DNA of 64,000 bases from Macrostomum hystrix (lineage: Eukaryota; Animalia; Platyhelminthes), in the NCBI GenBank assembly GCA_950097015.1, contig CATNEN010000038.1, positions 24,986,001 to 25,050,000 of the forward strand. The letters are read 5' to 3'. The notes below the pieces were generated by a model that did not search any database, had not been told where the DNA came from, and was given only the letters and a program-made list of their open reading frames with translations. The position numbers and the translations under genes were made by a program. Positions 23,283-35,573 of this stretch are shown in pieces. The first letter of the stretch is position 1, and every line of letters starts with the position of its first letter.

Positions 23283-24374
23283 GACGCTGAGCGGTCTTAC
23301 GCGTTTGGCTCTCGTATTGGCTCTCGTATTGGCTCTCGTATTGGCTCTCGTATTGGCTCTCGTATTGACTCTCGTATTGGCTCTCGTATTGGCTCTCGTA
23401 TTGGCTCTCGTATTGACTCTCGTATTGGCTCTCGTATTGGCTCTCGTATTGGCTCTCGTATTGGCTCTCGTATTGGCTCTCGTATTGGCTCTCGTATTGG
23501 CTCTCGTATTCGCTCTCGTATTGGCTCTCGTATTGGCTCTCGTATTGGCTCTCGTATTGGCTCTCGTATTCGCTCTCGTATTGGCTCTCGTATTCGCTCT
23601 CGTATTGGCTCTCGTATTCGCTCTCGTATTGGCTCTCGTATTCGCTCTCGTATTCGCTCTCGTATTGGCTCTCGTATTCGCTCTCGTATTGGCTCTCGTA
23701 TTCGCTCTCGTATTCGCTCTTGTATTGGCTCTCGTATTCGCTCTCGTATTGGCTCTCGTATTGGCTCTCGTATTCGCTCTCGTATTGGCTCTCGTATTCG
23801 CTCTCGTATTGGCTCTCGTATTCGCTCTCGTATTCGCTCTCGTATTGGCTCTCGTATTCGCTCTCGTATTGGCTCTCGTATTGGCTCTCGTATTGGCTCT
23901 CGTATTGGCTCTCGTATTGGCTCTCGTATTCGCTCTCGTATTGGCTCTCGTATTGGCTCTCGTATTGGCTCTCGTATTCGCTCTCGTATTGGCTCTCGTA
24001 TTCGCTCTCGTATTGGCTCTCGTATTGGCTCTCGTATTGGCTCTCGTATTGGCTCTCGTATTGGCTCTCGTATTGGCTCTCGTATTGGCTCTCGTATTGG
24101 CTCTCGTATTGGCTCTCGTATTGGCTCTCGTATTGGCTCTCGTATTGGCTCTCGTATTCGCTCTCGTATTGGCTCTCGTATTCGGTCACCTTAGTTTTGG
24201 GCGCAGCCGTGTAGAGAAGGCTTGGGAGGATTGCATTGCAAGTTTTTCGCTCTTGAAGACCAACCTCCATGGCACAGTGAGAGTGTGCACTGCCTGACGA
24301 TGAGAAAGTCAGGGCAGATGAACACACCTGTGTGAGCGTGTGCCTGCATACTGTTCGGCTTGCTATTATTATTA
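23283..24374 (+). mobile_element. SINE family A with embedded 12-bp array (duplicate of 10250-10901)
   Basis: Same head, body and flanks. Confidence 0.8.
23305..24184 (+). repeat. 12-bp minisatellite (TT[G/C]GCTCTCGTA)n, about 73 units
   Basis: Directly visible. Confidence 0.98.
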
Positions 24375-24836
24375 CCCAGTTCAAAATTCAGCATTAGAAT
24401 GAGGAATAAATCAATGACAATTATATTTGATAAGTTTTATGCTCTTTAGGGCTAGAAATTCGAAAAGTACAATGAACGGAAACTATTTTGCATGTTGCTT
24501 ACATTGTTGTACGCTCATTAAGAATTAGTTTTTTTGCGTTAGTAGGATTAGTAGGAGAAGTGCAATTAATTTTTTTTCTAATTTCTAATAGTCGGGTGGT
24601 CTGCTGTGCTATTTTTGAAGGAGTTGGTTAAAAATGTATGAAATTTATATAAGCTAAGAAGCATTTCTAGACACAGAAACAGGCAAATAATTGAGCTGAG
24701 CAGACTAATTAAAGCAAAAGTTAAAATTTCACCTCTCGAAAGTAATAAACTAACGCTCAGTAAATAAGCTTCTTTAAGATAATAATAGATCAAAAGGTTT
24801 ACGAAAATACACTTCCTGCACAACGGATGTGCGCAG

Positions 24837-25841
24837 CTAATGCAGCCGCCTCCGAGCGAACTTCTTGAAGTCGGCCACGGCTGCGTAAAAAGAGCCCACG
24901 TCGCCAGCGCGAGCCGCGGAAGTCAGCCGAGTCACCAGCGAGAGCTCATCGCTGTCCGCAAACGAGCTGCTCATGCTAGCCAGCTGCTGAGCCTTCTCAC
25001 CTGCGAGCTCAGCTGAGCCTGAGCACAGTAGGCACAGACACGACTTGAACAGGTGATCCTTGGCTCCGAATCCCAACAGACTGTGACTCTGCGATGACAC
25101 TCCCAGCTGCCTAAACTGCTCAGCTGCATCGGCCAGCCTCCCGCAGTCCGCCATCAGCTCCGCAGCCTTGGTGCGACAGCCACCAGCGTTGGCCGGACTG
25201 TTCTCGCCGTCCCACAGCCCGATCGCTGCCGACAGCTCCGCCTGATCGCCGCCGCAAAAGGATTTCAGCAGGTCTCCGGCCTCCTCCAGGTGTCTGGCCG
25301 CGATGCTGAACTGGCCCTGCTCTGCGTAGATCTGGGCTGCTCGCTGCATGAGCTCGGCGGCCTTCTTTGTGAACTCGACCTCCTTCAGCTTGCGGTAGCA
25401 GTTGGCCGCCTCCGAGAAGCTGTTGGCCGCGTCCATCTCGCCTCGACTCTGGCGTGAGAACTGCTCAGCCGCTGACTCGAACTCGCGACCAGCTTCGTGC
25501 CACTGCTGGAGAAGCTTGAATTTGTTTCCCCGATTAATCCTAGTAGTGGCGGAACTAAATTTAGATGAATTCTCGTAAATGTAATACTCTATTTTTGCGG
25601 TAACAATGAGGGTAAAAACGGCTCCTCCAAGAAATATTTTGTGCTTCCAATTCTTCTTGTCGTTTGCAATGTAGTTGTCGCGTGAATCACACATGGCCAG
25701 TCTAAGACTGTCTCGAATTGGACGATTGACGCTGGTATGCAGGCTTGACTCTAATCGAACCTTGCTGATCAACTGGCCCATCGTTAATGTGCTCAACCTG
25801 GAAGTGGAACAAATAAGAAGAGGTGGAGTTAAGAGTGCCAT
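24837..25841 (-). CDS. alpha-SNAP-like copy 4, predicted TM anchor, with in-frame deletions and a shortened C-terminus
   Basis: Paralog of copy 1; lacks YLRAADF and part of the last helix; ends RRRLH. Confidence 0.8.
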   Translation of the reverse strand: MALLTPPLLICSTSRLSTLTMGQLISKVRLESSLHTSVNRPIRDSLRLAMCDSRDNYIANDKKNWKHKIFLGGAVFTLIVTAKIEYYIYENSSKFSSATTRINRGNKFKLLQQWHEAGREFESAAEQFSRQSRGEMDAANSFSEAANCYRKLKEVEFTKKAAELMQRAAQIYAEQGQFSIAARHLEEAGDLLKSFCGGDQAELSAAIGLWDGENSPANAGGCRTKAAELMADCGRLADAAEQFRQLGVSSQSHSLLGFGAKDHLFKSCLCLLCSGSAELAGEKAQQLASMSSSFADSDELSLVTRLTSAARAGDVGSFYAAVADFKKFARRRLH

Positions 25842-25876
25842 AGTTATCTACAAATCATCTTGTAATAACTTGCTAC

Positions 25877-26170
25877 GAGGGTCAGTGAAATATGGTCTCA
25901 CGCGTTTGCCTATAGCTCCAAGGTCCCTGAGCTCGATTCCGCGGCGAGGCCACATTAGTTTGGGGCGTAGTCGCGAAGAGAAGGCTTGGGGGCTTGTCGT
26001 GCAATTTACACCCTTAAAGACAATCTCCAAGGCACAGCGAGCGCGTGCACACTGCCTGACGATGAGAAAGTCAGGGGCTGATGTACACACATGTGTGAGC
26101 GTGTGCCTGCGTTCAGGGTGTGTGGTAAATTGTCACCAAATGATGGCCGGTACCACAGTCCTACTGTAAA
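25877..26170 (+). mobile_element. SINE family A (duplicated with the SNAP unit)
   Basis: Near-identical to 14476-14775. Confidence 0.8.
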
Positions 26171-26948
26171 AAGTATCAATGCTCACATATACATAGTTGT
26201 TACTGTGATCAGCACCACTCAACGCTGTTGTTGTCTACAGTCAGTCGAATATAAGAAGTTCTCAATAAATAGCTGACCCAGATAATCTGGTAAGTCTAAT
26301 TTCTGAGCAGCACCAATCCGCTATAAAAATGGGTCGAATAGAGATTTATATGAACCTGACTAAAGCTGGAGTACTTATATAATGAGCGAAAATGTTTAAC
26401 TCATTAATATTTTTAGAGGCCCAAAATGTAAACTATTAAAACAGTTTAAAAAGGGACAAAAAAGCAACAAAAAGTAGTGCAAAACATAATGCTTATATTT
26501 CTTGCATAATTAAATTTTTATTACGAATATTATTGAGCCTTCTCTACAAAGTACTTTCCTCCTGCATTGGCTAAGAAACGGATGTTTTAATTCAGATATA
26601 AGAGATCATCCATAAAATATGTGCCTCAATTAGCCGCTCCAATAGAATGTCGCAGAAAGGTACAAAATTATGCCTAGAAATACAGAGGGCATGTTTATTG
26701 GTCCGAAGCTGTCTAACGGAAACGGGTCATTCATTTTGCCGAAATATTCGGTTAGGTAGTTGCATAACTTACACATGTTCGCGTCGTTGGGTGAAAAAAC
26801 AAACTTAAAGCGTCGATAAAGCGCTGTCGTACATTTTTACAGAAATTAAATTTTGAAAATCTTGGGTTTAAATGAAGTGCAGGCAACAAAATGTTTCTTG
26901 TAAAGTAAAATTATTTAGCTTACTAAGATGGCTTGGAGCTGACCGTAG

Positions 26949-27995
26949 CTATGTCAGCTGAATGAGTTGCTTGGAAACAATTAATTGCAGCTGATGCAGC
27001 CGCCTCTGAGCGAAGTCGTCAAGGTTGTTGAACTTCTCGAAGTCGGCCACGGCTGCTTCAAAAGAGCCCACGTCGCAAGCGCGAGCCGCGGACGTCAGCC
27101 GAGTCACCAGCGAGAGCTCATCGCTGTCCGCAAACGAGCTGCTCATGCTAGCCAGCTGCTGAGCCTTCTCACCTGCGAGCTCAGCTGAGCCTGAGCACAG
27201 TAGGCACAGACACGACTTGAACAGGTGATCCTTGGCTCCGATTCCCAACAGACTGTGACTCTGCGATGACACTCCCAGCTGCTCAAACTGCTCAGCTGCA
27301 TCGGCCAGCCTCCCGCAGTCCGCCATCAGCTCCGCAGCCTTGGTGCGACAGCCGCCAGCGCTGGCCGGACTGTTCTCGCCATCCCAGAAGTCCGCCGCTC
27401 TCAGGTACAGCCCGATCGCTGCCGACAGCTCTGCCTGATCGCCGCCGTGAACGGATTTCAGCAGGTCTCCGGCCTCCTCCAGGTGTCTGGCCGCGATGCT
27501 GAACTGGCCCTGCTCTGCGTAGATCTGGGCTGCTCGCTGCATGAGCTCGGCGGCCTTCTTTGTGAACTCGACCTCCTTCAGCTTGCGGTAGCAGTTGGCC
27601 GCCTCCAAGAAGCTGTTGGCCGCGTCTATCTCGCCTCGACTCTGGCGTGAGAACTGCTCAGCCGCTGACTCGAACTCCCGACCAGCTTCGTGCCACTGCT
27701 GGAGAAGCTTGAATCTGTTGCCCTCATCGATCAAAGGTTGATAGCTGCCGAATCGATCCGTCTTGTGACATAATTTTCTCACCAGCTTTAAGCAAACAAT
27801 CAAGCACAGAAAGGACACAGCAGTCCAGAGAACTATCCACCCAGCATTGATTTGCGGTGGAGCAGGCGCTATTGTTTTCGGTTCAACTGGAAACTTGGTG
27901 ACAGTAAAAGTTACAGTTGTAGTCCAGTTTTGAGCCGTTGTTAATTTTCGGCTCCACATCCAATATTGAGTTGGTGTTCTAGTCGATTGGTGCAT
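26949..27995 (-). CDS. alpha-SNAP-like copy 5 with Thr-rich N-terminus and predicted TM helix
   Basis: NWTTTVTFTVT stalk, WIVLWTAVSFLCLIVCL followed by KLVRK, then the SNAP core. Confidence 0.88.
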   Translation of the reverse strand: MHQSTRTPTQYWMWSRKLTTAQNWTTTVTFTVTKFPVEPKTIAPAPPQINAGWIVLWTAVSFLCLIVCLKLVRKLCHKTDRFGSYQPLIDEGNRFKLLQQWHEAGREFESAAEQFSRQSRGEIDAANSFLEAANCYRKLKEVEFTKKAAELMQRAAQIYAEQGQFSIAARHLEEAGDLLKSVHGGDQAELSAAIGLYLRAADFWDGENSPASAGGCRTKAAELMADCGRLADAAEQFEQLGVSSQSHSLLGIGAKDHLFKSCLCLLCSGSAELAGEKAQQLASMSSSFADSDELSLVTRLTSAARACDVGSFEAAVADFEKFNNLDDFAQRRLHQLQLIVSKQLIQLT

Positions 27996-29373
27996 GTCAG
28001 CCTTCCAGGACGTTGTTGCTAGAAGATTCTGGACAATCGCTTTTCTTTGATTTGCTGAAACAATTTGGTTTAGTGACGGAGTGTAAGCTGAAGTGTGAGC
28101 TGAAGAGCCAATAATATTTGTGAGAACACGCTAGACAATTAGTGCATCCTACTAAATCCTAGACTTAAGCCTTAATACACTTTTTCTATGAATCAAAGAT
28201 CTGTTTATTAAAACTGAATTAAGTACGAATAAAAGTATAGAATTGTAATTCTACGCCATTAAACCAGTGCATTTGGTAACAATATAGGGTTTTCATTTGC
28301 GTTTTTAAAGTTACTTAGGTCTAATTAAAAAGGCGTATATATTACGCGTCGTTAAAAAAAAATAAAGACTTACACCACAAAAAGTTTGCATATACTACTT
28401 ACTGCTCTAAGCGACGTGTTCGATGTTTTTTTAGCGAAAACTGTTGATAAGGAACTTAATTAACGGTTTCCTATAGTTTTAGAACTTAATGGATAAATAC
28501 TTAAAGTCCTTAAAAAGGCAGTAGAGGAGACAGGGGAGATGAGACAGGAGAGGTGAGAAAGGAGAGGTGAGACAGGGGAGATGGGACGGGAGAGAGATAC
28601 GTCGTGAAAAATAGTGTCAATGTTTCCCTTAGTTTAATCCTTAAAAGGCTCAAGTAGACACTGTTGAGCTAGGAGGTAATATGAAATTAGTCTTACGAAA
28701 GCATTAAGTACGAGTATACGGCCCCGATATATATTCGCAAAATGACTTTAGTTGCTTCAGTGTAAAAATAACAGATTAGGAGAATAGTATTAGATGGCTG
28801 CTATAGGCTTCTAAGTTGAGAAAAGAATTCTATTTGTTTCGCTTTAACGGCTCAATGCCTGCTTCTGTCTGACTGTAAGTGTAAGTGTCATGCCAGTATG
28901 TTGTGTAGAAATGCTTGCGCTTTAAAAACCGAACTTCCCCAAATAATGTCCAGAAGGAAAGAGATACTGTGGGGGGGTAATGTACGGCAGCACTGTACAG
29001 TGAAGCAATGTACATCAAACCCTTAAAATAGCAATCTACAAAACAGCCGAAGGGTAAAAGCTGACTCACCCTTTAAACAGGTAGTCAGACCATGAGCTCT
29101 TCCAACAAATCAAAAAGTACAGAGCTGCACGTGGAATAGCGCCTTTCATTTCCAGGCATTTTGCACGGCTTACAAAAAGGGAACTTCAGTTTTATGTACT
29201 CACTTAGTAAAGAGAAAAACTATATTTTTAACAAAACGGAACTATTGCTAGCAGACTAGAAAAGAAATGTTCTTTTTAATTCTCTTATGATAGTTCATGA
29301 CAGCTCGCAAACCGAATGACAAGGACAAATAAGATTGCTCTGCTTAAATCTATTTGGCGAATCTGGTATCTTT

Positions 29374-29672
29374 GGCAGAGGTTGTAGCCTAGTGGTTAGG
29401 GCGTCGGACTCACGACTTGAAGGTCGGGGGTTCGATTCCCGACTGAACTGGAACAATTTGCGTCCTTTAGCAAGACACTTAACTCTGCATTGCTTCAGTT
29501 CACCCAGCTGTTAAATGGGTACCAGCATCAGCTGGGATAATTGAAGGTGGGTGTGGCGTCCCCCCTGTCCGTGGACTGAACAGCTGTACGCAGCCTTCAG
29601 ATGCGCCGCGCATTAACTGCGGCTGTGCTGTCGGCTGCACATCTGACCCAATTGGGACAGGTGTAATCAATT
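29374..29672 (+). mobile_element. tRNA-derived CORE-type SINE (family B)
   Basis: A/B boxes, anticodon-like loop CTCACGA, CORE-like segment; matches 3243-3563. Confidence 0.88.
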
Positions 29673-31255
29673 AAAATTAATTTAATATTGGGACAAAAAT
29701 AATTTGTCAATCCAAAATACCCGACCATGATGACATAGTATCATGATAACATTTTTTGAACAGAAAAAAACAATGTCTTGATTGGTGGTTTTTGCCTCCT
29801 GACACCCCGACAAGAATCGTTGAATATCTCGCCGATGCCGATGTTTTGTGATTCTGGAACTAGTTTCATCGGAGCGGAAGAGCGGAAAATTTTAGCCAGT
29901 TTTCTGGATTTTCATGGCGATTGGTTTAACATTCTGGCATGGGAGATACAGGAAAAAAGATTAAATGTGGATATTTGAAATACCCTAAGTGGTCTTCTAA
30001 TGTTAAAAAAGTCTGCGTTCAATTTAAGAATCCTAAATCAATGCCTTTTACACTGATTGACGCACTCGAACGCGATTCCAATGATTTTACCATAGACAGT
30101 TGCTGACTGCTTCCACTGGCTTGATATTCTTAAACTGAGCGACGCAAGCAGCATTGCTTGCAAACTGAACTGACCCAGCCTAAATAATGCAGGGAGTTTT
30201 AGAAACGAAGATTAGTAAAAGAAGAAGAGCATTGCTATGCACTTTTGGCGAAGTTAAGACGCACCTAGGATGCGCGTTAATGTCCTTCTACGTTAGAAAT
30301 GTCGCTCTAGTTCATAGACTAAAGTTTAGTAGACCACACATTCAAGGAATGACTTAGTCAAACATTTTTGTCTATGTTAGGAAGTGGGGGCTTCGCTCCC
30401 TGCACACCTCATTCTTACTCTCTGCCCTCGCGGTTAATACCCATTAATCTGACTATAAATTGGTTTCATTCCCCATAGCTGTGTCGTGTAAAAACTTGCT
30501 ACGATATAGATTACTTGCAATTTAAAAAAAGCTATGAATTTTGCCAGTTGACGCATGCTTAGATTTGCAGTGTCACAGAAAACTATTTATAGGACATATA
30601 GCGAGAAAAGTCCACGAGAAACATTCAGTTTCTGGACCAGTAAAATCTGAATGGCCCTAAAACCTTTCGAGTTGACACCTAAGAAAAAATATTTGCTTGT
30701 TACTTTTCGTAAACGTTTAACAGATCAAAAGCGGGTATTAGCGCGGGTAGCGGCTAAATTGCTGAGAGTTGAGTTTAGGTTGAATACGTAAAAGTTCAAA
30801 TTAATTACGAAGTTTAAAAATAACAGTCAATGAAAAAATGATATTGCAGAACAGGAAACAAAATTCTAACCCGAAACCAGCTAGTGAATAAGAAGAAGAG
30901 GCAACTGAAATATCCAATCAATAGAATATTGTCGTCAACCCAATAAACTATTTGAACAAAAAGAGACCAGACTAAAAATCATGATTTTTTAAAAAATGTA
31001 TCACTTTTAGCTGACTAGAAAATAGTAGACAAAAAGATTTTGATTTTGGCAAATTTTATTAAAAAAACCTTTCACAAAAATTTTAAACACGTGACTAGAA
31101 CTAACCACCATTTTCACACAAAGCATTTCGTAGCTTTTCGATGAGACTTTCAGCAATACTCGTCCATATTTTCTTAAATTTTCTTAGTCGGCCACAGCTA
31201 CATGAAGGTTCTTTAGCAAATTATCACTATTAGAATAGTATACCGGACAACAAAT

Positions 31256-32275
31256 CTAGCGCAACGGCTCGGCGTCCCCAGCCACAGATGTGCGCAGCTG
31301 ATGCAGCCGCCTCTGAGCGAAGTCGTCAAGGTTGTTGAACTTCTCGAATTCCGCGACGGCTTCGTCAAAGGAGCCCACGTCGCCAGCGCGAGCCGCGGAC
31401 GTCAGCCGAGTAACCAGCGAGAGCTCATCGCTGTCCGCAAACGAGCTGCTCATGCTAGCCAGCTGCTGAGCCTTCTCACCTGCGAGCTCAGCTGAGCCTG
31501 AGCACAGTAGGCACAGACACGACTTGAACAGGTGATCCTTGACTCCGAATCCCAACAGACTGTGACTCTGCGATGACACTCCCAGCTGCTCAAACTTCTC
31601 AGCTGCATCGGCCAGCCTCCCGCAGTCCGCCATCAGCTCCGCAGCCTTGGTGCGACAGCCGCCAGCGTTGGCCGGACTGTTCTCGCCGTCCCAGAAGTCC
31701 GCCGCTCTCAGGTACAGCCCGATCGCTGCCGACAGCTCTGCCTGATCGCCGCCGCGAACGGATCTCAGCAGGTCTCCGGCCTCCTCCAGGTGTCTGGCCG
31801 CGATGCTGAACTGGCCCTGCTCTGCGTAGATCTGGGCTGCTCGCTGCATGAGCTCGGCAGCCTTCTTTGTGAACTCGACCTCCTTCAGCTTGCGGTAGCA
31901 GTTGGCCGCCTCCGAGAAGTTGTTGGCCGCGTCTATCTCGCATCGACTCTGGCGTGAGAACTGCTCAGCCGCTGACTTGAACTTACGACCAGCTTCGAGC
32001 CACTGCTGCCTCTTTTTGAAATTGATGCCTTTCTCAATCAAGCGTTGAAGAGAGCCCGTATTGTTATGCCTTCTATAGAACATGTAAGCAGCTAGAAGCA
32101 GCATCGGTATCAGCATCAGCAGCGTCAGCTGTATCAGGATGATGAGGCTGATTGAATTAAAAAATTTCGGCGGTGGCGAAGCCGTTGGTGTCGCTGTCGT
32201 TTCTGTGGTCGTTGCGAAAACTGGTGACGACATCGATGAAGTTGTGGTAGTCTCTATTGTTGAATTCGAACTCAT
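31256..32275 (-). CDS. alpha-SNAP-like copy 6 with mucin-like S/T stalk and predicted TM helix
   Basis: MSSNSTIETTTTSS...TTTETTATPT, long hydrophobic run ISLIILIQLTLLMLIPMLLLAAYMFY then RRH, SNAP core, tail GDAEPLR. Confidence 0.9.
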   Translation of the reverse strand: MSSNSTIETTTTSSMSSPVFATTTETTATPTASPPPKFFNSISLIILIQLTLLMLIPMLLLAAYMFYRRHNNTGSLQRLIEKGINFKKRQQWLEAGRKFKSAAEQFSRQSRCEIDAANNFSEAANCYRKLKEVEFTKKAAELMQRAAQIYAEQGQFSIAARHLEEAGDLLRSVRGGDQAELSAAIGLYLRAADFWDGENSPANAGGCRTKAAELMADCGRLADAAEKFEQLGVSSQSHSLLGFGVKDHLFKSCLCLLCSGSAELAGEKAQQLASMSSSFADSDELSLVTRLTSAARAGDVGSFDEAVAEFEKFNNLDDFAQRRLHQLRTSVAGDAEPLR

Positions 32276-33011
32276 GGTAGAACAGCCTTTAAAAAGGAAT
32301 GCTTCACGTTCTGTAAATGGTGTAATGATAGTGGATATTGCTGCTAAGAATGTTTAGCTAACAGTGTCAGACCCAAAAGAGTCATTGGTCACTTATAACA
32401 ATATATAGTAAGCTGGAGTGCCATGGAGTTTCTTAAGATCTGGCTTGAATATAAACTTGGCGATTTTTCTGGAATTATGTAAGACTGCTGATAAAAAACT
32501 AAGCTAAATATTTTAAATTTAACTTTGCAAAAGCTTTGATGCTAAATGAGACTCTAATCTTTTCAAATGTAACTTTTATATGCTTTTAAGACGCAAAAAC
32601 TCGTAGATTTTTTATATTCAACAAAAGCTACAAAAACGCTAAGAAATTAGATATTAGAACACATGAACTAGCTAGATAAAAACCATGAATCTAAAAAAAT
32701 TACTGCTCACAATGTTCTTGTAGATATAAAAACAAAACTTTTATTTTACATTTTACCGATTGAAAAATTGGCCATAAAACACACAATCTAATATTAAAAA
32801 AAGCTTTGGCATATTCTTGAGAAGACGGAATTATTACAACTTTTCGATCATGCGAGCGTACCAGTGACACAGGCGGCAATTTCTTAAACCCAAAGGCTGT
32901 TGAGTCCAAGACACAGGCAAGAAAAAGCAGAAATACACGATCGTTACAAAGAAATTCAAAGGACATCAGAATTAAAAAAGTAAAGGGTCACAAAAAGAAA
33001 CCTAGGAAAAT

Positions 33012-33916
33012 TTAAGTTATACTATCATGCTCCAATCGCAACGGCACGGTCTCCCCTGCCACGGATCCGCGCAGCTGATGCGGCCGCCTCATAGACGAAG
33101 CGTAAAGGTTTTTGAACTTCTCGAAGTCGGCCACGGCTGCGTCAAAAGAGCCCACGTCGCAAGCGAGAGCCGCGGACGTCAGCCGAGTCACCAGCGAGAG
33201 CTCATCGCTGTCCGCAAACGAGCTGCTCATGCTAGCCAGCTGCTGAGCCTTCTCACCTGCGAGCTCAGCTGAGCCTGAGCACAGTAGACACAGACACGAC
33301 TTGAACAGGTGATCCTTGGCTCCGAATCCCAACAGACTGTGACTCTGCGATGACACTCCCAGCTGCTCAAACTGCTCAGCTGCATCGGCCAGCTTCCCGC
33401 AGTCCGCCATCAGCTCCGCAGCCTTGGTGCGACAGCCGTCAGCGCTGGCCGGACTGTTCTCGCCGTCCCAGAAGTCCGCCGCTCTCAGGTACAGCCCGAT
33501 CGCTGCCGACAGCTCCGCCTGATCGCCGCCGCGAACGGATCTCAACAGGTCTCCGGCCTCCTCCAGGTGTCTGGCCGCGATGCTGAACTGGCCCTGCTCT
33601 GCGTAGATCTGGGCTGCTCGCTGCATGAGCTCGGCGGCCTTCTTTGTGAACTCGACCTCCTTCAGCTTGCGGTAGCAGTTGGCCGCCTCCAAGAAGCTAT
33701 TGGCCGCGTCCATCTCGCCTCGACTCTGGCGTGAGAACTGCTCAGCCGCTGACTCGAACTCCCGACCAGCTTCGAGCCACTGCTGGAGAAGCTTGAATTT
33801 GTTTCCTGATTGAACAAACTTTTCTGCTTTTTTGCTCGTATAACGATCAAAATAAAGCCGAAAACCATGATACCATGGGTAGCTGCGCTTGAGATTATTC
33901 GCAGTTCATTTAGCAT
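33012..33916 (-). CDS. alpha-SNAP-like copy 7; TM-containing N-terminus joined to the core by a 1-nt frameshift at 33828-33833
   Basis: ORF 33662-33916 encodes GIMVFGFILIVI. One extra A in the A6 run gives RAKKAEKFVQSGNKFKLLQQW, in frame with ORF 33012-33713. Confidence 0.72.
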
Positions 33917-34611
33917 CCTGGCTTTAATAATTTTCAGCGCCGAACTAATTACTTACACTTGTATTTTCCGCTCGTCGAAGCTGAAACGCTGAAGCTGAAA
34001 AAATGTTTTTTAGATTATGCCTTTTTGCAGATCGTTAAGTGAGAAATTATTAGAAGCGATACAAATACTTTGATTTTATATGGCAGTCTGTTTATTGCAG
34101 AGAGTTGCTAGTTTAGTAACTTAGCTTTGTCACTTTTTGCAGCTTGTTATAATCTACCTTTTAATATATGCCCACACTGACTAGGGATTATCAATTTTCA
34201 GGTCTCGCCTCTGCACTTGGATCCGCGCCAAAGGCATTCTCTCGTCATGCGTGGTGGGGAGTGGCCTTTTTGTAAGCCTGTGCGCGTGATTCCTTTGTCT
34301 GGCTGTCTTTCGATTGTAATGACCGGCTCATGCGATCAGCAGAGGATACTGCCTGTCGACTTTTAGCCATAAATCATGGCTAATTTAGTATTAAGTCTGT
34401 GTGTCCTAGAATTCTCCCCCCCAACGTACATCCTACAAATACATGACGTCAGCTTCTATTAATAGCAACAGACGGTCATGAATCTACTGGCTTGTTCATC
34501 TGACGTCAGTTTCTATTAATAGAAAGCATATGATGCGCCTGCTACCACCGACCTAAAATAAGTGCCCCACTGAGGCTGAGACCAGATAATTTTTCGTATT
34601 TTTTTAAACAG

Positions 34612-34922
34612 TTTGATTCCTCGGCGAGGCCACATTTATTAGGGGCGCAGCCGCCGAGAGATGGCTTGTGAGCTTGTCGTGCAATTGACGCCCTTGAGTG
34701 CCAACCTACAAGGCACAGTGAATTGTACACTGCCTGACGATGAGAAAGTCAGAGCAGATGTACACACCTGTGTGAGCGTGTGCCTGCGTACAGTATCTGT
34801 GTGCGTGTCTGCTCAGGAGTCAGCGGAATGGGCAGAATTGCCTCCCCGCTTGCTGCGGGTCTAGTGTCACTAAATGATGTGCCACTGCCCGCAGCCCTCC
34901 TGCAATTATTATTATTACTATT
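34612..34922 (+). mobile_element. SINE family A, 5'-truncated
   Basis: Family-A body from the B box to the (TTA)n tail. Confidence 0.85.
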
Positions 34923-35502
34923 ATGGCAGTATGCTTTATCCGCTCTTACTACCAATATCTAGTTGAGGGTGTCCGATGGTCTTTAGCACTGTGCTAATCT
35001 AATTCCTGCGAGAGCTCTGGCTCTAACTAATTTCTCTTCTAGTGTAAAGCTACTTCCTGACCGCAGTTCAAGGAACTTCAAGGCACTCAGGTGGCAGCTA
35101 CCTTACGGAAGTGACTTCCGCTGGAAAATTTACCTTGGCTACAGATTGGAGCTTACTGTCTAGTGAGTTGGTTGATCTCATTGTTACTACGCGCTGGCAA
35201 TTGATAATCTAAAATTATCTTCCGCAAACAACTCAGATTTCCTAGACTGCCAAACAGCTTACTCAGCCGACATAAATGAAACTACACTTAATCAGAGCAG
35301 TATACAAAATTGCAAAGGAAGGCTTGATAATAAGAAGTTTAAATATAAGTTGTGGTCTACTTGTGTATTTAGAAAAGCATTATATTTGGCTATATTATTT
35401 AATAACACTTTGCTTTACCTTTCCCTATGAAAAATCACTTGCTGTCAGATGTTGAAAATCTTGGTTAGTTAAAATCACAACAAAGCTACGACTTTACATA
35501 AA

Positions 35503-35573
35503 GTTAGAAATACTTTTGTTAGAAATAATTTTGTTAGAAATACTTTTGTTATAAATAATTTTGTTAGAAATAC
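35503..35573. repeat. 15-bp tandem repeat GTTAGAAATA(C/A)TTTT, ~4.5 units
   Basis: Directly visible. Confidence 0.8.

Noticed and set aside
29374-29450. Apparent tRNA gene (also 3490-3563 and the family-A heads)
   Set aside because: Poor acceptor stem, continues into SINE body and tail
29778-29978. FCDSGTSFIGAE resembling a BEL/Pao integrase motif
   Set aside because: Too short and degenerate to support a call
34444-34525. Duplicated TGACGTCAG..TTCTATTAATAG (CRE-like) upstream of SNAP copy 7
   Set aside because: Two short copies, possibly part of an unrecognised repeat; no support for regulatory function
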